Assembly: GCA_963717505.1 (NCBI GenBank)
Contig: OY970342.1
Coordinates: forward strand, 3,712,001 to 3,776,000
Direction of reading: 5' to 3'
DNA from: Candidatus Eiseniibacteriota bacterium
GTDB lineage: Bacteria > Eisenbacteria > RBG-16-71-46
Length of the DNA: 64,000 nucleotides
Shown here: piece after piece, positions 1 to 9,682 of the stretch
How the letters are laid out: the number at the start of each line of letters is the position of its first letter
Numbering within the stretch: the first letter of the stretch is position 1
Notes under the pieces: model-generated
Told to the model about the DNA's origin: nothing
Database searches by the model: none
The model's input: only the letters and a program-made list of their open reading frames with translations
Position numbers and translations under genes: made by a program

Positions 1-398
1 GTGAGGTTGAATCCGGTGAAGGCGATCGCGCCGCCGGAAGCCTGGGTCGAGTCGAGCATCGGGTCGCCGCGGTCGAAGCCCGCGTTGCCGGCGTCGCGAA
101 CCAGCCGCGCCATACCCAGCTCGGCATCCTTCTGAGCAATGGTGCCGGGTCCCTGCGTGGTGTTGGTCAGTCGGACGCCGGTGAACCGGACGTTTCCGAG
201 CAGGAGGTTGTTGTTGGTGATCGTGAACTCGTAGAGGCCGACCTCGGCGGTCCCCGGGTTGACGACTCTGGGCGCCTGGCTGGCGGCCACCGACACGACC
301 GCCCACGCCGGATCGGCCGGCATCGCCAGAACGGCAAGTGCCACCGGAACGGCGATGCCGAAGAGCCTCGCCGACGGGCATGGAACGGCGAAACGCAT
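1..398 (-). CDS. Secreted repeat-domain surface protein, N-terminal part (gene runs off the left edge; absent from ORF track)
   Basis: Hand translation from ATG at 398 is open to base 1: MRFAVPCPSARLFGIAVPVALAVLAMPADPAWA-VVSVAASQAPRVVNPGTAEVGLYEFTITNNNLLLGNVRFTGVRLTNTTQGPGTIAQKDAELGMARLVRDAGNAGFDRGDPMLDSTQASGGAIAFTGFNL. Signal-peptide-like start; mature part resembles the repeat unit of the 2067-aa protein at 25020-31223. Confidence 0.8.
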   Translation of the reverse strand, partial: MRFAVPCPSARLFGIAVPVALAVLAMPADPAWAVVSVAASQAPRVVNPGTAEVGLYEFTITNNNLLLGNVRFTGVRLTNTTQGPGTIAQKDAELGMARLVRDAGNAGFDRGDPMLDSTQASGGAIAFTGFNL

Positions 399-530
399 AG
401 TGCAACTGGCGTTATCGGCCGCGATGACAAGCGGCTGGAGCGTTCTGCTGTTGAAGGGCCGGCCCGCCTCTCGTTAGACTTCTTGGTGGCGGCCGCGCAT
501 TTCGCCCGTTTATCCCACCCGGAGACCCTC

Positions 531-1076
531 ATGAGAGCGCTCGCCGCTGGTATTGCCGTTCTGGTCCTGTGGTCCACCCCCGCCCTGCCCGGCGAAACGT
601 CCACGACCGCCTGGTCCACGTATGGCGCGCCGATCACGCTCAAGAAGACGACGAAACTCGACCAGGCGGTGGCCAAGCAGGTGGGCAAGGAAGTCCTGGT
701 CCAGGGCACCATCGCCGACGTCTGCCAGAACAAGGGCTGCTGGATGACGGTCCGCGACCGCAATCAGGAGGTCCGGGTCGAGTTCAAGGACTATGGGTTC
801 TTCGTCCCCTGGGGCACCGGCGGCAAGCCGGTGCGCATGCAGGGAGTCATGACCGAACGGGTCATGAGCCCCGAGGATCAGAAACACATCGCATCGGAGT
901 CCAAGCAGGGTGGCGGTGTGGGCACGCCTGCCGAAGAACCGAAGAAGCTGCTCGTGTTCGTGGCGAGCGGCGTGTCGATCCAGGGGGGCGGCGACCTCAG
1001 TGCCGAGCAGCGACGCAAGGTCGGGGGCGCGGCGGAGGAGACCCACGACCATAGCGCCCCGGGACACAAGCACTAG
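531..1076 (+). CDS. DUF4920-like exported OB-fold protein
   Basis: GGAG RBS before ATG 531; signal peptide; motif DVCQNKGCWM...VRVEFKDYGFFVP typical of DUF4920; His-rich tail. Confidence 0.8.
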   Translation: MRALAAGIAVLVLWSTPALPGETSTTAWSTYGAPITLKKTTKLDQAVAKQVGKEVLVQGTIADVCQNKGCWMTVRDRNQEVRVEFKDYGFFVPWGTGGKPVRMQGVMTERVMSPEDQKHIASESKQGGGVGTPAEEPKKLLVFVASGVSIQGGGDLSAEQRRKVGGAAEETHDHSAPGHKH

Positions 1077-1171
1077 CCGTTGGATGAACGCCGTTGGTTG
1101 AGCCGTTCGGTTCTTCGACCCGAGTTGGCCAAGCGGGGCAAGCGCCCCCGACCCCCAGGAGGTAGCCTCCA

Positions 1172-1744
1172 ATGAACCGCCCCCGTTGGTTGCTGGTGAC
1201 CTTGTTCCTGATCGTGGCGTGTGGTTCCGCCGCAGCTTGGCGCAACAACGGCCTAGTCGACGCGCGGGATCACTCCCCGACCGGCGAACCGCGGTCGAAG
1301 GCGTCGCGAACCACCCTGAACGCGACAGTGCCCGCCATCGAGTCCGCGGCGGCGACTCCGACCGCAGTCGCGACCCCGGCCGCAGGATCCACGGCCCCGT
1401 CGCCTCCAGAAGCTGCTCGTGAGACCCACGCGGAACCCGACGTGTCGCCGGGCATGATCGTGGCGATCGATCCCGAAACCGGTGCGCTCGGCCCGCCGAG
1501 CGTCGAACAGCTGCGCGAGCTGTTCCCGCCGGGCACCAGCGTCGCGCAGACCCCGGACGGCTTCGTCGTCACCCACCGGCCGGACGGCTCGGTGAGCATC
1601 GACGTGGGATGGCAACTTCACGAGTACGCGTTCGTGCGCATCGGGCCCGATGGCAAGCGCGTTCAAGGCTGCGCTCCCGCGCCGCTGGATGCGCGCACGA
1701 TCGAGTCGCTGCCCGCCCCCAGCCCGCAGTACGAGGAGCGATAG
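1172..1744 (+). CDS. Exported hypothetical protein, possible accessory/pro-domain partner of the downstream protease
   Basis: AGGAGG RBS; signal peptide; Ala/Pro/Thr linker; C-terminal domain GMIVAIDPETG...PDGSVSIDV...VRIGPDGKRVQGC; 3 nt before the next ATG. Confidence 0.75.
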   Translation: MNRPRWLLVTLFLIVACGSAAAWRNNGLVDARDHSPTGEPRSKASRTTLNATVPAIESAAATPTAVATPAAGSTAPSPPEAARETHAEPDVSPGMIVAIDPETGALGPPSVEQLRELFPPGTSVAQTPDGFVVTHRPDGSVSIDVGWQLHEYAFVRIGPDGKRVQGCAPAPLDARTIESLPAPSPQYEER

Positions 1745-1747
1745 GCC

Positions 1748-3430
1748 ATGAACGACCTACGCAAAGCCTGCCTGCTGCTGGTTGCGGCTCTCTTGGTATC
1801 GGCGGTGACGGTGCTGCCTGCGACCTCAGCTACCATCGTCGTGATCAACGCCGACGGCGCCGGAGAAGGGTTCAGCGATCCGACGCCGGCGACGCCGATC
1901 GGCGGCAATCCCGGCGTCACCATCGGCGCCCAGCGGTTCTACGTGTTCCAGTACGCGGCCGACCTCTGGGCCGCCATTCTGCCGAGTGCCGTCACCATCC
2001 GCATCACCGCGCAGTTCAACCCGCTGACCTGCACGGCCACCGGCGGCGTGCTCGGCAGCGCTGGGCCCACCGGGTATCAGCGCGACTTCCCTGGAGCTCC
2101 GCTCGCCGGCCACTGGTATCCCTACGCTCTGGCGAGCAAGCTCCAGGGCATCGACACCTCTCCCGGCGACGACATCTCGATCCAGTTCAACTCGAGCGTC
2201 GGTCAGCCGACTTGCATCACGTCCGGCTGGTACTACGGCGTGGATGGCGCCGAGGGCACGCAGATCGAACTGCTCCCGGTGGTCCTCCACGAGATGGGGC
2301 ACGGACTCGGATTCCTGACGCCGACCAGTAAGACCAGCGGCGCCTACCTGAACACCTTCCCGTCGGTGTACGACCACTTTCTCTACGACAACACCTCGGG
2401 CCTCCATTGGGACGAGATGACCTCGGGGCAGCGCCTGGCCTCGGTCAACACCTGCACCCATCTGGCCTGGGACGGCTCGGCGGTCATGAACTACGCGCCC
2501 TCGTTCCTCGGCGACAAGCCGCTCTTGCGCGTGAATTCGCCGGCCTCGATCGATGGCGACTACGCGGTCGGACTCGCGACCTTCGGCGCGCCGCTCGGCG
2601 CACCGCTCTCGGGCGACGTCGTGCTCGCCACCGACGGCGACGCCTACCCGACCAACGGCTGCGAGCCCCTGGTCAACGACGTCAATGGCAAGATCGCGTT
2701 GATCGATCGCGGCACGTGCGCTTTCGTGGTCAAGGTCAAGTACGCCCAGGAAGCCGGGGCGATCGCCGTGGTGGTCGCCGACTCCGTGGCCGGTTGCCCG
2801 CCAGCGGGCATGGGCGGCGCCGATCCCACGATCACCATCCCCTCGGTGCGCGTGACGCAGGCGGACGGCGCGTTGATCCGGGCCAACCTGCTGGCGGGGG
2901 TCAACGTGACCATGACCCTCGATCCCAATCTGCTCGCGGGCGCCGACGCGGCCGGTCGCGTCCTGGTCTACACCCCTTCGGTGATCGCCTCCGGTTCCAG
3001 CGTCTCCCACTGGGACGTGAGCGCCGAGCCCAACCTTCTGATGGAGCCGGCGACCACCAGCTCGCTTTCGTCCGACGTCGACCTCGCCAAGTGGTTGTTC
3101 TGGGACATCGGTTGGTTCGAGGAGCTGGTCGCGGTGGATCCCGCGCGCCAGGAGATCTACCGGCTCGGGACCAACAGTCCGAATCCGTTCGGCGGTCGGA
3201 CTACCATCCACTTCGCGCTCGAGCGCGAGGACGACGTGATGCTCGGCGTCTACGACCTCTCGGGTCGTCTGGTCAGCCGGCTCCATCAAGGGCGGCTCGC
3301 CGCCGGCGCCCATACCATTCCTTGGAATGGTCAGGACCTGAGCGGACGGCGGATGCCGCCCGGCGTTTACCTTTATACCCTCGAGACGCGTGCCGGGCGC
3401 GAGAGCCGACACATGGTGCTGATGCGCTGA
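1748..3430 (+). CDS. Secreted zinc metallopeptidase with PA domain and C-terminal FlgD-Ig/T9SS-like tail
   Basis: Signal peptide; HEMGHGLG zincin motif; PA domain (GKIALIDRGTCAFVVKV...AGAIAVVV); tail PNPF...VYDLSGRLV...WNGQD...GVYLY. Confidence 0.9.
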   Translation: MNDLRKACLLLVAALLVSAVTVLPATSATIVVINADGAGEGFSDPTPATPIGGNPGVTIGAQRFYVFQYAADLWAAILPSAVTIRITAQFNPLTCTATGGVLGSAGPTGYQRDFPGAPLAGHWYPYALASKLQGIDTSPGDDISIQFNSSVGQPTCITSGWYYGVDGAEGTQIELLPVVLHEMGHGLGFLTPTSKTSGAYLNTFPSVYDHFLYDNTSGLHWDEMTSGQRLASVNTCTHLAWDGSAVMNYAPSFLGDKPLLRVNSPASIDGDYAVGLATFGAPLGAPLSGDVVLATDGDAYPTNGCEPLVNDVNGKIALIDRGTCAFVVKVKYAQEAGAIAVVVADSVAGCPPAGMGGADPTITIPSVRVTQADGALIRANLLAGVNVTMTLDPNLLAGADAAGRVLVYTPSVIASGSSVSHWDVSAEPNLLMEPATTSSLSSDVDLAKWLFWDIGWFEELVAVDPARQEIYRLGTNSPNPFGGRTTIHFALEREDDVMLGVYDLSGRLVSRLHQGRLAAGAHTIPWNGQDLSGRRMPPGVYLYTLETRAGRESRHMVLMR

Positions 3431-3433
3431 CCG

Positions 3434-5431
3434 CTACTCGGCGGCCATTGGCGGCGTCTTTCGGGCGCCGCCGATGGTCTCGTCGAGGAACGCCGCCACC
3501 CGCTCGCCGAAGTAGATCCGATTGTCGAGCTTGGCGAACCCGTGGCCTTCGTCGGGCGCCACGAACATGCGCGGATTCTGCCCGCGCTCGCGCAGTGCCG
3601 CGGCCAGCTGCATCGCCTCCTCCACCGGTACGCGCGGGTCGTTGAATCCGTGCGCGATGAACACCGGCACCTGGATCTTGTCCACGCGGTGGATGCTCGA
3701 GACGCTGGCCAGGAACTCCGGGTCGGTGAGCGGGCCGTACTCGACCTCGCGCAGCTCACGCCGGTAGCCGCTGGTCTTCTCGAGGAACGTCTTCAAGTTC
3801 ACGATGCCGACCGTGTTCACGCAGGCGCCGAACAGCCGTTGCTTGCGCTCGCCGCGATCCGCGCGTTCCTGGTCCTCGACCAGACAGGCGACCGCCATGA
3901 ACCCACCGTACGAGCCGCCATAGGTGGCGATGCGCCCGGGCTCCGAATAGCCGTTCTTCACCAGCCATTCGGCGGCGTCGACTCCGTCGCGCACGCTGTC
4001 CCACCGCTTCTTGTAGTTGTCCATCTCGTGAAACGCCCGGCCGTAGCCGGTGCTGCCGCGAACGTTGGGCAGGATCACTCCGTAGCCGCGACTGATGTAG
4101 TACTGGAGCGTCGCGTTGAAGCTCGGCCGGGACTGGCCCTCGGGTCCGCCGTGGTAGTAGGCGATGAACGGGATCGAGGTCCCGCGCGTGTAACCCTCGG
4201 GCACGTAGAGCAAGGCGTGGATCTCGACGCCGTCGAACGCCTGGTAGGTCACGACCTCGGGCAGTGGGAACCGCGACAGCTCGAGTCCCTGATCCTCGGC
4301 CCAGGTGAGCTGCCGGGTCACCGGCTGGGCGCCGCGCGCGTAGGTGGTCGCGTAGGCGAGTCCGGGCGTGCGCGCGTTGCTGAGAGACCAGACCAGCGTG
4401 CGATCGCGGAACGTGACCAGGTCGAGCACCCCGCGCTCGATCGTCGGCGGCGGCAGCGGCTTGAAGTCGGGTAGCGAGAACAGGTGCGGCACCGCATAGC
4501 CGTCCTGGTTCGCGGCCACCGCGAGCAACTCTCGGTTCATGTCGAGCTCGGCGCCGTCCAGCTCGAAGGGCGACAACGCGGGGATCGGCTCCGTGACCTT
4601 GCCGCGCTTGAGGTCGCGCAGGTACAGCCGCTGCTGGCCGTCCTTGAGATCCGACAAGATGAGGACGCGGCGCTCGTCGGGCATGTAGCCGACCAGCCTG
4701 CAGGCCGCGGTCCCGCCCTCGGGGCGGATCGTCAGGTCCGAGAGCCTGCCGGTCGCGACGTCCAGCTCGAAGACCTGTCGATCGGACGCGGAGACCACGT
4801 GAGTCACCAACATGCGCTTGCCGTCCTGAGTGATGCCGTTGGCGTTCCAGGTGCCTTCCTTGGCCAGCACGCGCGTGGTCGCGCCGGTCGCGATGACGTA
4901 CCGATAGAGATGGAAATCGGTCGGGCTGTCGGCGTTCGCCGAGTAGACGAAACTCGAGCCGTCCCGCGACCAGGCGTTGACCGTGGCGCGCACCCGTGGG
5001 TTGGCGAGCACCGCGGTCGTCGGGGCCTCCGGCCCGGCAGTCGCGCTGATCAGCGTCAGCTGCCAGTTCTCGTTGCCGCCGGGCGCGTGCATCAGCACCG
5101 CCCATTTCCCGTCGGGCGAGACCGAATAGCTGCTCAAGCCGTCTCGGAACGACGTGAGTCGGGTTTCCGGGGCGCGACTCGGGCTGGACGCGGTGGCACC
5201 CCCCGGCGCCTCGGGCGCCCGTCGGTAGAGCTGGGTGACGCCATCCGGGTTGTTCATCATCAGCAGCGAACCATCGGGCAGCGGCACCGGCGTGCGTGGC
5301 GCCCGGATCTTGAGGAACTGGGAGATCGTGGGTGCGGCGTCGTCCGCGGCCGGCAGGGCCGGAGGCGCGACGACCAGCGCAATCAGAGTCAGCACTATCG
5401 CGGTCGAGGATCGTGCGAGAGATGAGGGCAT
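3434..5431 (-). CDS. S9 family (prolyl oligopeptidase/acylaminoacyl peptidase) serine peptidase
   Basis: Signal peptide; beta-propeller region; HGGP, NVRGSTGYG, nucleophile GGSYGG, NDPRVP and DEGHGF motifs. Confidence 0.92.
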   Translation of the reverse strand: MPSSLARSSTAIVLTLIALVVAPPALPAADDAAPTISQFLKIRAPRTPVPLPDGSLLMMNNPDGVTQLYRRAPEAPGGATASSPSRAPETRLTSFRDGLSSYSVSPDGKWAVLMHAPGGNENWQLTLISATAGPEAPTTAVLANPRVRATVNAWSRDGSSFVYSANADSPTDFHLYRYVIATGATTRVLAKEGTWNANGITQDGKRMLVTHVVSASDRQVFELDVATGRLSDLTIRPEGGTAACRLVGYMPDERRVLILSDLKDGQQRLYLRDLKRGKVTEPIPALSPFELDGAELDMNRELLAVAANQDGYAVPHLFSLPDFKPLPPPTIERGVLDLVTFRDRTLVWSLSNARTPGLAYATTYARGAQPVTRQLTWAEDQGLELSRFPLPEVVTYQAFDGVEIHALLYVPEGYTRGTSIPFIAYYHGGPEGQSRPSFNATLQYYISRGYGVILPNVRGSTGYGRAFHEMDNYKKRWDSVRDGVDAAEWLVKNGYSEPGRIATYGGSYGGFMAVACLVEDQERADRGERKQRLFGACVNTVGIVNLKTFLEKTSGYRRELREVEYGPLTDPEFLASVSSIHRVDKIQVPVFIAHGFNDPRVPVEEAMQLAAALRERGQNPRMFVAPDEGHGFAKLDNRIYFGERVAAFLDETIGGARKTPPMAAE

Positions 5432-5564
5432 GGGGGGCTCCTAGGGGGGGCTCCAGGTGCGCGACGAAGGCCACGCCACGACCGGGACGTCGTGGCTCGC
5501 AAGCGCGGTCAGCGTAACACCGGGGAACCACGGGCGACGAGGGTTTCGTCGCCGGGGCCGCGCG

Positions 5565-7388
5565 TCAGGCGGCGAGGGACTCCACCATTGCGGCCATCGG
5601 GATCTCGACGATGAACCGGCTGCCGCGGCCGACCTCGCTCTCGACCCGGATCGTGCCGCCGTGGGCTTCGATGATCCCGCGCGCAATTCGCAGTCCGAGC
5701 CCGAGGCCGGCGGAGTTGAATTCGAGGGTGCGGGAGGAGTGGTGATGCAGGACGTCTCCAGTCAGGATCGCCTTGTCGAAGATCGTACGCACCCGGTCCG
5801 CGGGGATCCCCAGACCGGTGTCCTGGACTTCGATGAACAACCCATCGTTGCGCCGTGCGGCGACGACCCGCACGCTGCCACCGTCGGGAGTGAATCGGAT
5901 GCCGTTGCGCACCAGGTTGCCGATCGCTTCGGCGAGTCGCGGACCATCCGCGAACAGTCGCGGCGCTCCGCCGTCGATCTCGCGGCAGACCGTCACGTTT
6001 CGACCCCGGGCGTCGGCCTTCGCGCCCTCGATCGCCTGACTGACCACGGTGCCGAGATCGGTCGCGCCGCGGTTGAGCACCAGGCGCTCACTCTCGATCT
6101 GGGCAATGCGCGTGGCGTCGTCCGCGATCCGGTGCAGGGTCGAGAGCCCTTGACCGATCGCCGTCAGCGCGCGCTTCTGGTGGTCGTTGAGCGGCCCCAT
6201 CGACTCCTCGGACATCAGTTCGTGAAACCCGCGGATGATGCTGATCGGCGTGCGCAGTTCGTGCGAGGTGACGCTGATGAAGTCGCTCTTCATCTGGGCC
6301 ACCTCCTCGAGGCTGCGAACGTAGGCGCGCTCACGTAGCCGCATCTCCTGGAAACGCGTGGCCAGGACCCCGATTTCGTCGTTGCTCTGAACGAACAGCG
6401 GGTACTCGTAGTTGCCACGGCCGATCTCTTCCGCGGCGCGGACCAGGCCCTCGATCGGTCCGGTGATCCGCATCGAGACGAAGATCCCGGCGAGCAAGGT
6501 GAAGGCGACCGCCGCCGTGCCCAGTTGGATCAGTCCCGTCGTCAGGCTGCGCAGGTGACGGGTTTCGGCGTCCAGCGAACGCTGCAGGGTGTAGGTCCGG
6601 CGGCTCTCGCTCGGCGCGTTCGGCAATGGGCGGGCCAGCACCTGATAGGTTTCGCGCGGGCCTTTCGCTGCGAACAACAGGCTGCCGCCCCCCGCGCCAC
6701 TCAGATCGCCGGAAATGCGGCTCAGCCCCGCGAGCAATGCCGAGCGATCCTCACCCCCCACCAACGTGCTGCCGGTGATCGCCTGATCGGCGACGAACGA
6801 GACCTCGCTGCGCGTCCGCGACCGCAGCCGGTCGGCCAGCTCCTGGCCGATGTCGAGCGCGAGCAGCAGCACCCCGACGACCCGGCCCCCGACGACGACC
6901 GGGGTCGCCACCGCCTGGAGCTGGCGACTGGGCGAGACCAAGAGCCCGGTCATCAGGCGACCCGAGAGCGCGGATTGAACCATCTGCAATTGTCCAACAT
7001 CGACCGAAGACTCGGGGCCCACCGACGCCAGCGCCAGCGCCTCGGCGTCCCAGATCTCGAGCAGGTCGGCCTCGGTGATCGCGTTGAAATCGAGCGCCAG
7101 CCTCGCGATCGTGTTGCGGTACTCGGGATCGCGGTGCGACTCCTCGAGCAACAGCATCGAGAAGAACTTCGGGTCCTGGACGATGACCTGGCTCTCCTTG
7201 GCCAATTGGTCGGTGCGCGCGGCCAGCATGTCCTCGAACACCCCGCTGGCGCGCAACAGGTCCTGTTCGATGCTGTCGTGGACGTGATCGGACACGGTGC
7301 GCTGCACGAGCCACAGCGCGGTCACCACCAGGACGATCAGCGGCAGCGTGGTGGTCGCCAGGATCCGCCAGCGCAAGCGGCCGTGCAT
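5565..7388 (-). CDS. Membrane sensor histidine kinase (periplasmic sensor-HAMP-HisKA-HATPase)
   Basis: Start re-assigned to MHGRLRW (7388); two TM segments, HAMP (ITGPIEGL...DEIGVLA), SHELRTP H-box, NLVRNGIRF N-box, DTGLG and GLGLGL G-boxes. Confidence 0.9.
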   Translation of the reverse strand: MHGRLRWRILATTTLPLIVLVVTALWLVQRTVSDHVHDSIEQDLLRASGVFEDMLAARTDQLAKESQVIVQDPKFFSMLLLEESHRDPEYRNTIARLALDFNAITEADLLEIWDAEALALASVGPESSVDVGQLQMVQSALSGRLMTGLLVSPSRQLQAVATPVVVGGRVVGVLLLALDIGQELADRLRSRTRSEVSFVADQAITGSTLVGGEDRSALLAGLSRISGDLSGAGGGSLLFAAKGPRETYQVLARPLPNAPSESRRTYTLQRSLDAETRHLRSLTTGLIQLGTAAVAFTLLAGIFVSMRITGPIEGLVRAAEEIGRGNYEYPLFVQSNDEIGVLATRFQEMRLRERAYVRSLEEVAQMKSDFISVTSHELRTPISIIRGFHELMSEESMGPLNDHQKRALTAIGQGLSTLHRIADDATRIAQIESERLVLNRGATDLGTVVSQAIEGAKADARGRNVTVCREIDGGAPRLFADGPRLAEAIGNLVRNGIRFTPDGGSVRVVAARRNDGLFIEVQDTGLGIPADRVRTIFDKAILTGDVLHHHSSRTLEFNSAGLGLGLRIARGIIEAHGGTIRVESEVGRGSRFIVEIPMAAMVESLAA

Positions 7389-7392
7389 CAGG

Positions 7393-8076
7393 TCAGTACT
7401 CGATCTCGACGGCGAGGTCGCGACCCTCGGGGACTTTGATCTCCCGCGTCCGCTCACCGAGGTCCGGGTGCCAGACCTTGAGCGTGTAGGTCCCGGCAGG
7501 CAGGTTCGGCAGAGAGAACTCGCCGTCGGCCGAAGGCTGGGCGAACACGTGATGCGGCAGCACGTAGACAAAGGCCGCCATGTCGGAGTGGATGTCGCAG
7601 AACACGTTCACGATGCCCGGGCGGTCGAACGTGACCGCCTTGGAGTGCCCGCGCGAGTACTTGCCGAGGTCGAAGCGTTTGACCGGCGAGACGCTGAACA
7701 CGTTGTGATACATGCGGTCCTGGTTGGGAAAGTCGACGCGGGTTCCGACGCGCACGGCGAGCACGCGCGGGGTGAACGCCTGGTCCTTCTGCTCGAGCGT
7801 CGGCTTCGGGGCCGGCAGGGTCGGGGTCGCGAGGTCCGCCGGAACCTTCTCGACGAAAACCACGGCGTCCTGCACAGCGCCGAGTCGTGGGGCGATCGCA
7901 CCCGCTGGCAGCGTTCCCGCGCGTCCCGGGTAGGGATTGAGCTTCGGCAGCGCCTGGCCGACCGACGGCGGCACGTTCACGCGTCCGCGAACGACTCCCC
8001 CGTTCGCCGGCAGGGCGCTGGTGGCGGCAATCATGCTCCAGGCGAGCCCAAATCCGAGCCACTTCCGAATGGTCAT
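7393..8076 (-). CDS. Exported cupredoxin-like protein with carboxypeptidase-regulatory-like beta-sandwich
   Basis: Signal peptide; FPNQD..YHNVFS and VFCDIHSDM (His/Cys/His/Met copper-type ligand set); C-terminal GEFSLPNLPAGTYTLKVWH. Confidence 0.85.
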   Translation of the reverse strand: MTIRKWLGFGLAWSMIAATSALPANGGVVRGRVNVPPSVGQALPKLNPYPGRAGTLPAGAIAPRLGAVQDAVVFVEKVPADLATPTLPAPKPTLEQKDQAFTPRVLAVRVGTRVDFPNQDRMYHNVFSVSPVKRFDLGKYSRGHSKAVTFDRPGIVNVFCDIHSDMAAFVYVLPHHVFAQPSADGEFSLPNLPAGTYTLKVWHPDLGERTREIKVPEGRDLAVEIEY

Positions 8077-8264
8077 TCCCCACCTCGGGCGCGGGCCCGG
8101 TTCGAAGACGACGCACGATTGTCGCCCGCGGGGGGCGCTCCCCGGAGTTTTCGGCCGGCCGAGCCCCCGGTTTCAGGGGGCATATTCCCGGGCCTCGGAC
8201 CCTGCGGATCTGCTTGCGGGGTCGCGGACTGGCGGCGGCGGGGGCAGCCGGATATTTTCCCCTC

Positions 8265-9198
8265 ATGAACCTGGTCCGTGACGCGCTGCTCGCCAGCTCC
8301 GAAAACGCGTGGCTGCGCCGCCAAGCCACCCAGTCGCGCATCGTCCGGCGCGCGGTCTCGCGCTTCATGCCGGGCGAGACCCTGGACGACGCGCTCGCTG
8401 CGGCAACGGCGCTCAAGGAACGCCGCATGGGAACGATCCTCACCCACCTCGGCGAAAACGTCGGCGACCGCGACGAAGCGGCCGCGGTCACCCGCCACTA
8501 CCTGGACGTCCTCGAACGGATTCCCCAGTCGGCGATCGACGCCGAGGTATCGGTCAAGCTCACCCAGCTCGGCCTGGATCTCGACGAGTCGTTCGCCCTC
8601 GCGAACCTCGTAAAGATCGCCGAGCGCGCCCGTCAGCTCGGCAACACGATCTCGGTCGACATGGAATCCAGCGCCTACACGCAGCGCACGCTGAATGTCT
8701 ACCAGCGACTGCGCGCGAGCCATCGAAACGTCGGACTCTGCCTGCAGGCCTATCTGTTCCGCACCCCGGGCGATCTCGAGGCCCTGATTCCCGGCGGCGG
8801 CGGCATCCGGATGGTCAAGGGAGCCTACAAGGAACCGCCCGACCTCGCGCATCCCGCCAAGCACGACGTCGACGAGAGTTTCTTCACGCTGACCACCCGC
8901 CTGCTTCACACCCGAGGCGCGCCAGGCGGGAATCCGCCCGACGATCGCCACCCACGATCCGGTCCTGATCGAGCGCATTCAGGCGTTCGCCGCCCAGCAC
9001 CGGATCTCCTCCGATGCCTACGAGTTCGCAATGCTGTACGGGATCCAGCGGCCATTGCAGTCGCGTCTGGTGGCCGAGGGCCACCGGCTGCGAGTGCTGA
9101 TCAGCTACGGCTCGTACTGGTTCCCGTGGTACATGCGCCGCCTGGCCGAACGACCGGCCAACGTCCTGTTCGTGTTGCGCGGCGTGTTCGGGGGCTGA
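8265..9198 (+). CDS. Monofunctional proline dehydrogenase (PutB-like); one +1 frameshift near 8907, probably a sequence error
   Basis: SRFMPGE, VSVKLTQLG, VDMES, LQAYL, RMVKGAY in frame 1; continues in the next frame as IATHD...YEFAMLYGI...YGSYWFPWYMRRLAERPAN to TGA at 9196-9198. Confidence 0.88.
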
Positions 9199-9202
9199 GC
9201 CC

Positions 9203-9673
9203 GTGCTCGAGAGCATTCGATCGTTCTTCCGGCGCGCCGCCGATCCCGTTCCGCCCAAGCCCAGCACGACTTCCGAACCGGATCCGGCCACCCAGCGGCT
9301 GCGGATCGCCGCATGCGCCTTGTTGCTCGAGATGGCGCACGCCGATGAAGAGTTCTCGGACGAGGAGCGGCTGCACGTGGAAGAGTCGATCGGCCGGCAC
9401 TTCGACCTGCCGCCGGAGACCGCGCGCGAGCTGATCGCTCTCGCCGACGCGGAGCGCCGCGAAGCCACCGACCTCTACCAGTTCACCTCGCTGATCAACG
9501 CGCACTACGACGAGGGCCAGCGCATGGTTCTGGCGGAGGTGCTGTGGCGGGTGGTGCTCGCCGACGGCGAGCTGACCCGCCACGAGGATTACCTGATGCG
9601 CAAGCTGGCGTCGTTGCTCGAGCTCAAGCCGGGTTACCTGGGCGAGGCGCGCCGGCGGGCGTCGGGACCCTAG
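9203..9673 (+). CDS. TerB family (tellurite-resistance-like) protein
   Basis: ALLLEMAHADEEFSDEE...DLYQFTSLIN...LWRVVLADGELTRHEDYLMRKLASLL pattern of TerB-like proteins. Confidence 0.88.
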   Translation: MLESIRSFFRRAADPVPPKPSTTSEPDPATQRLRIAACALLLEMAHADEEFSDEERLHVEESIGRHFDLPPETARELIALADAERREATDLYQFTSLINAHYDEGQRMVLAEVLWRVVLADGELTRHEDYLMRKLASLLELKPGYLGEARRRASGP

Positions 9674-9682
9674 CCCGGCTCG

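Noticed and set aside
5432-5456. Short direct repeat GGGGGGCTCC upstream of the S9 peptidase
   Set aside because: Only two 10-nt copies, overlapping the GGAG RBS on the minus strand; insufficient to call an operator.
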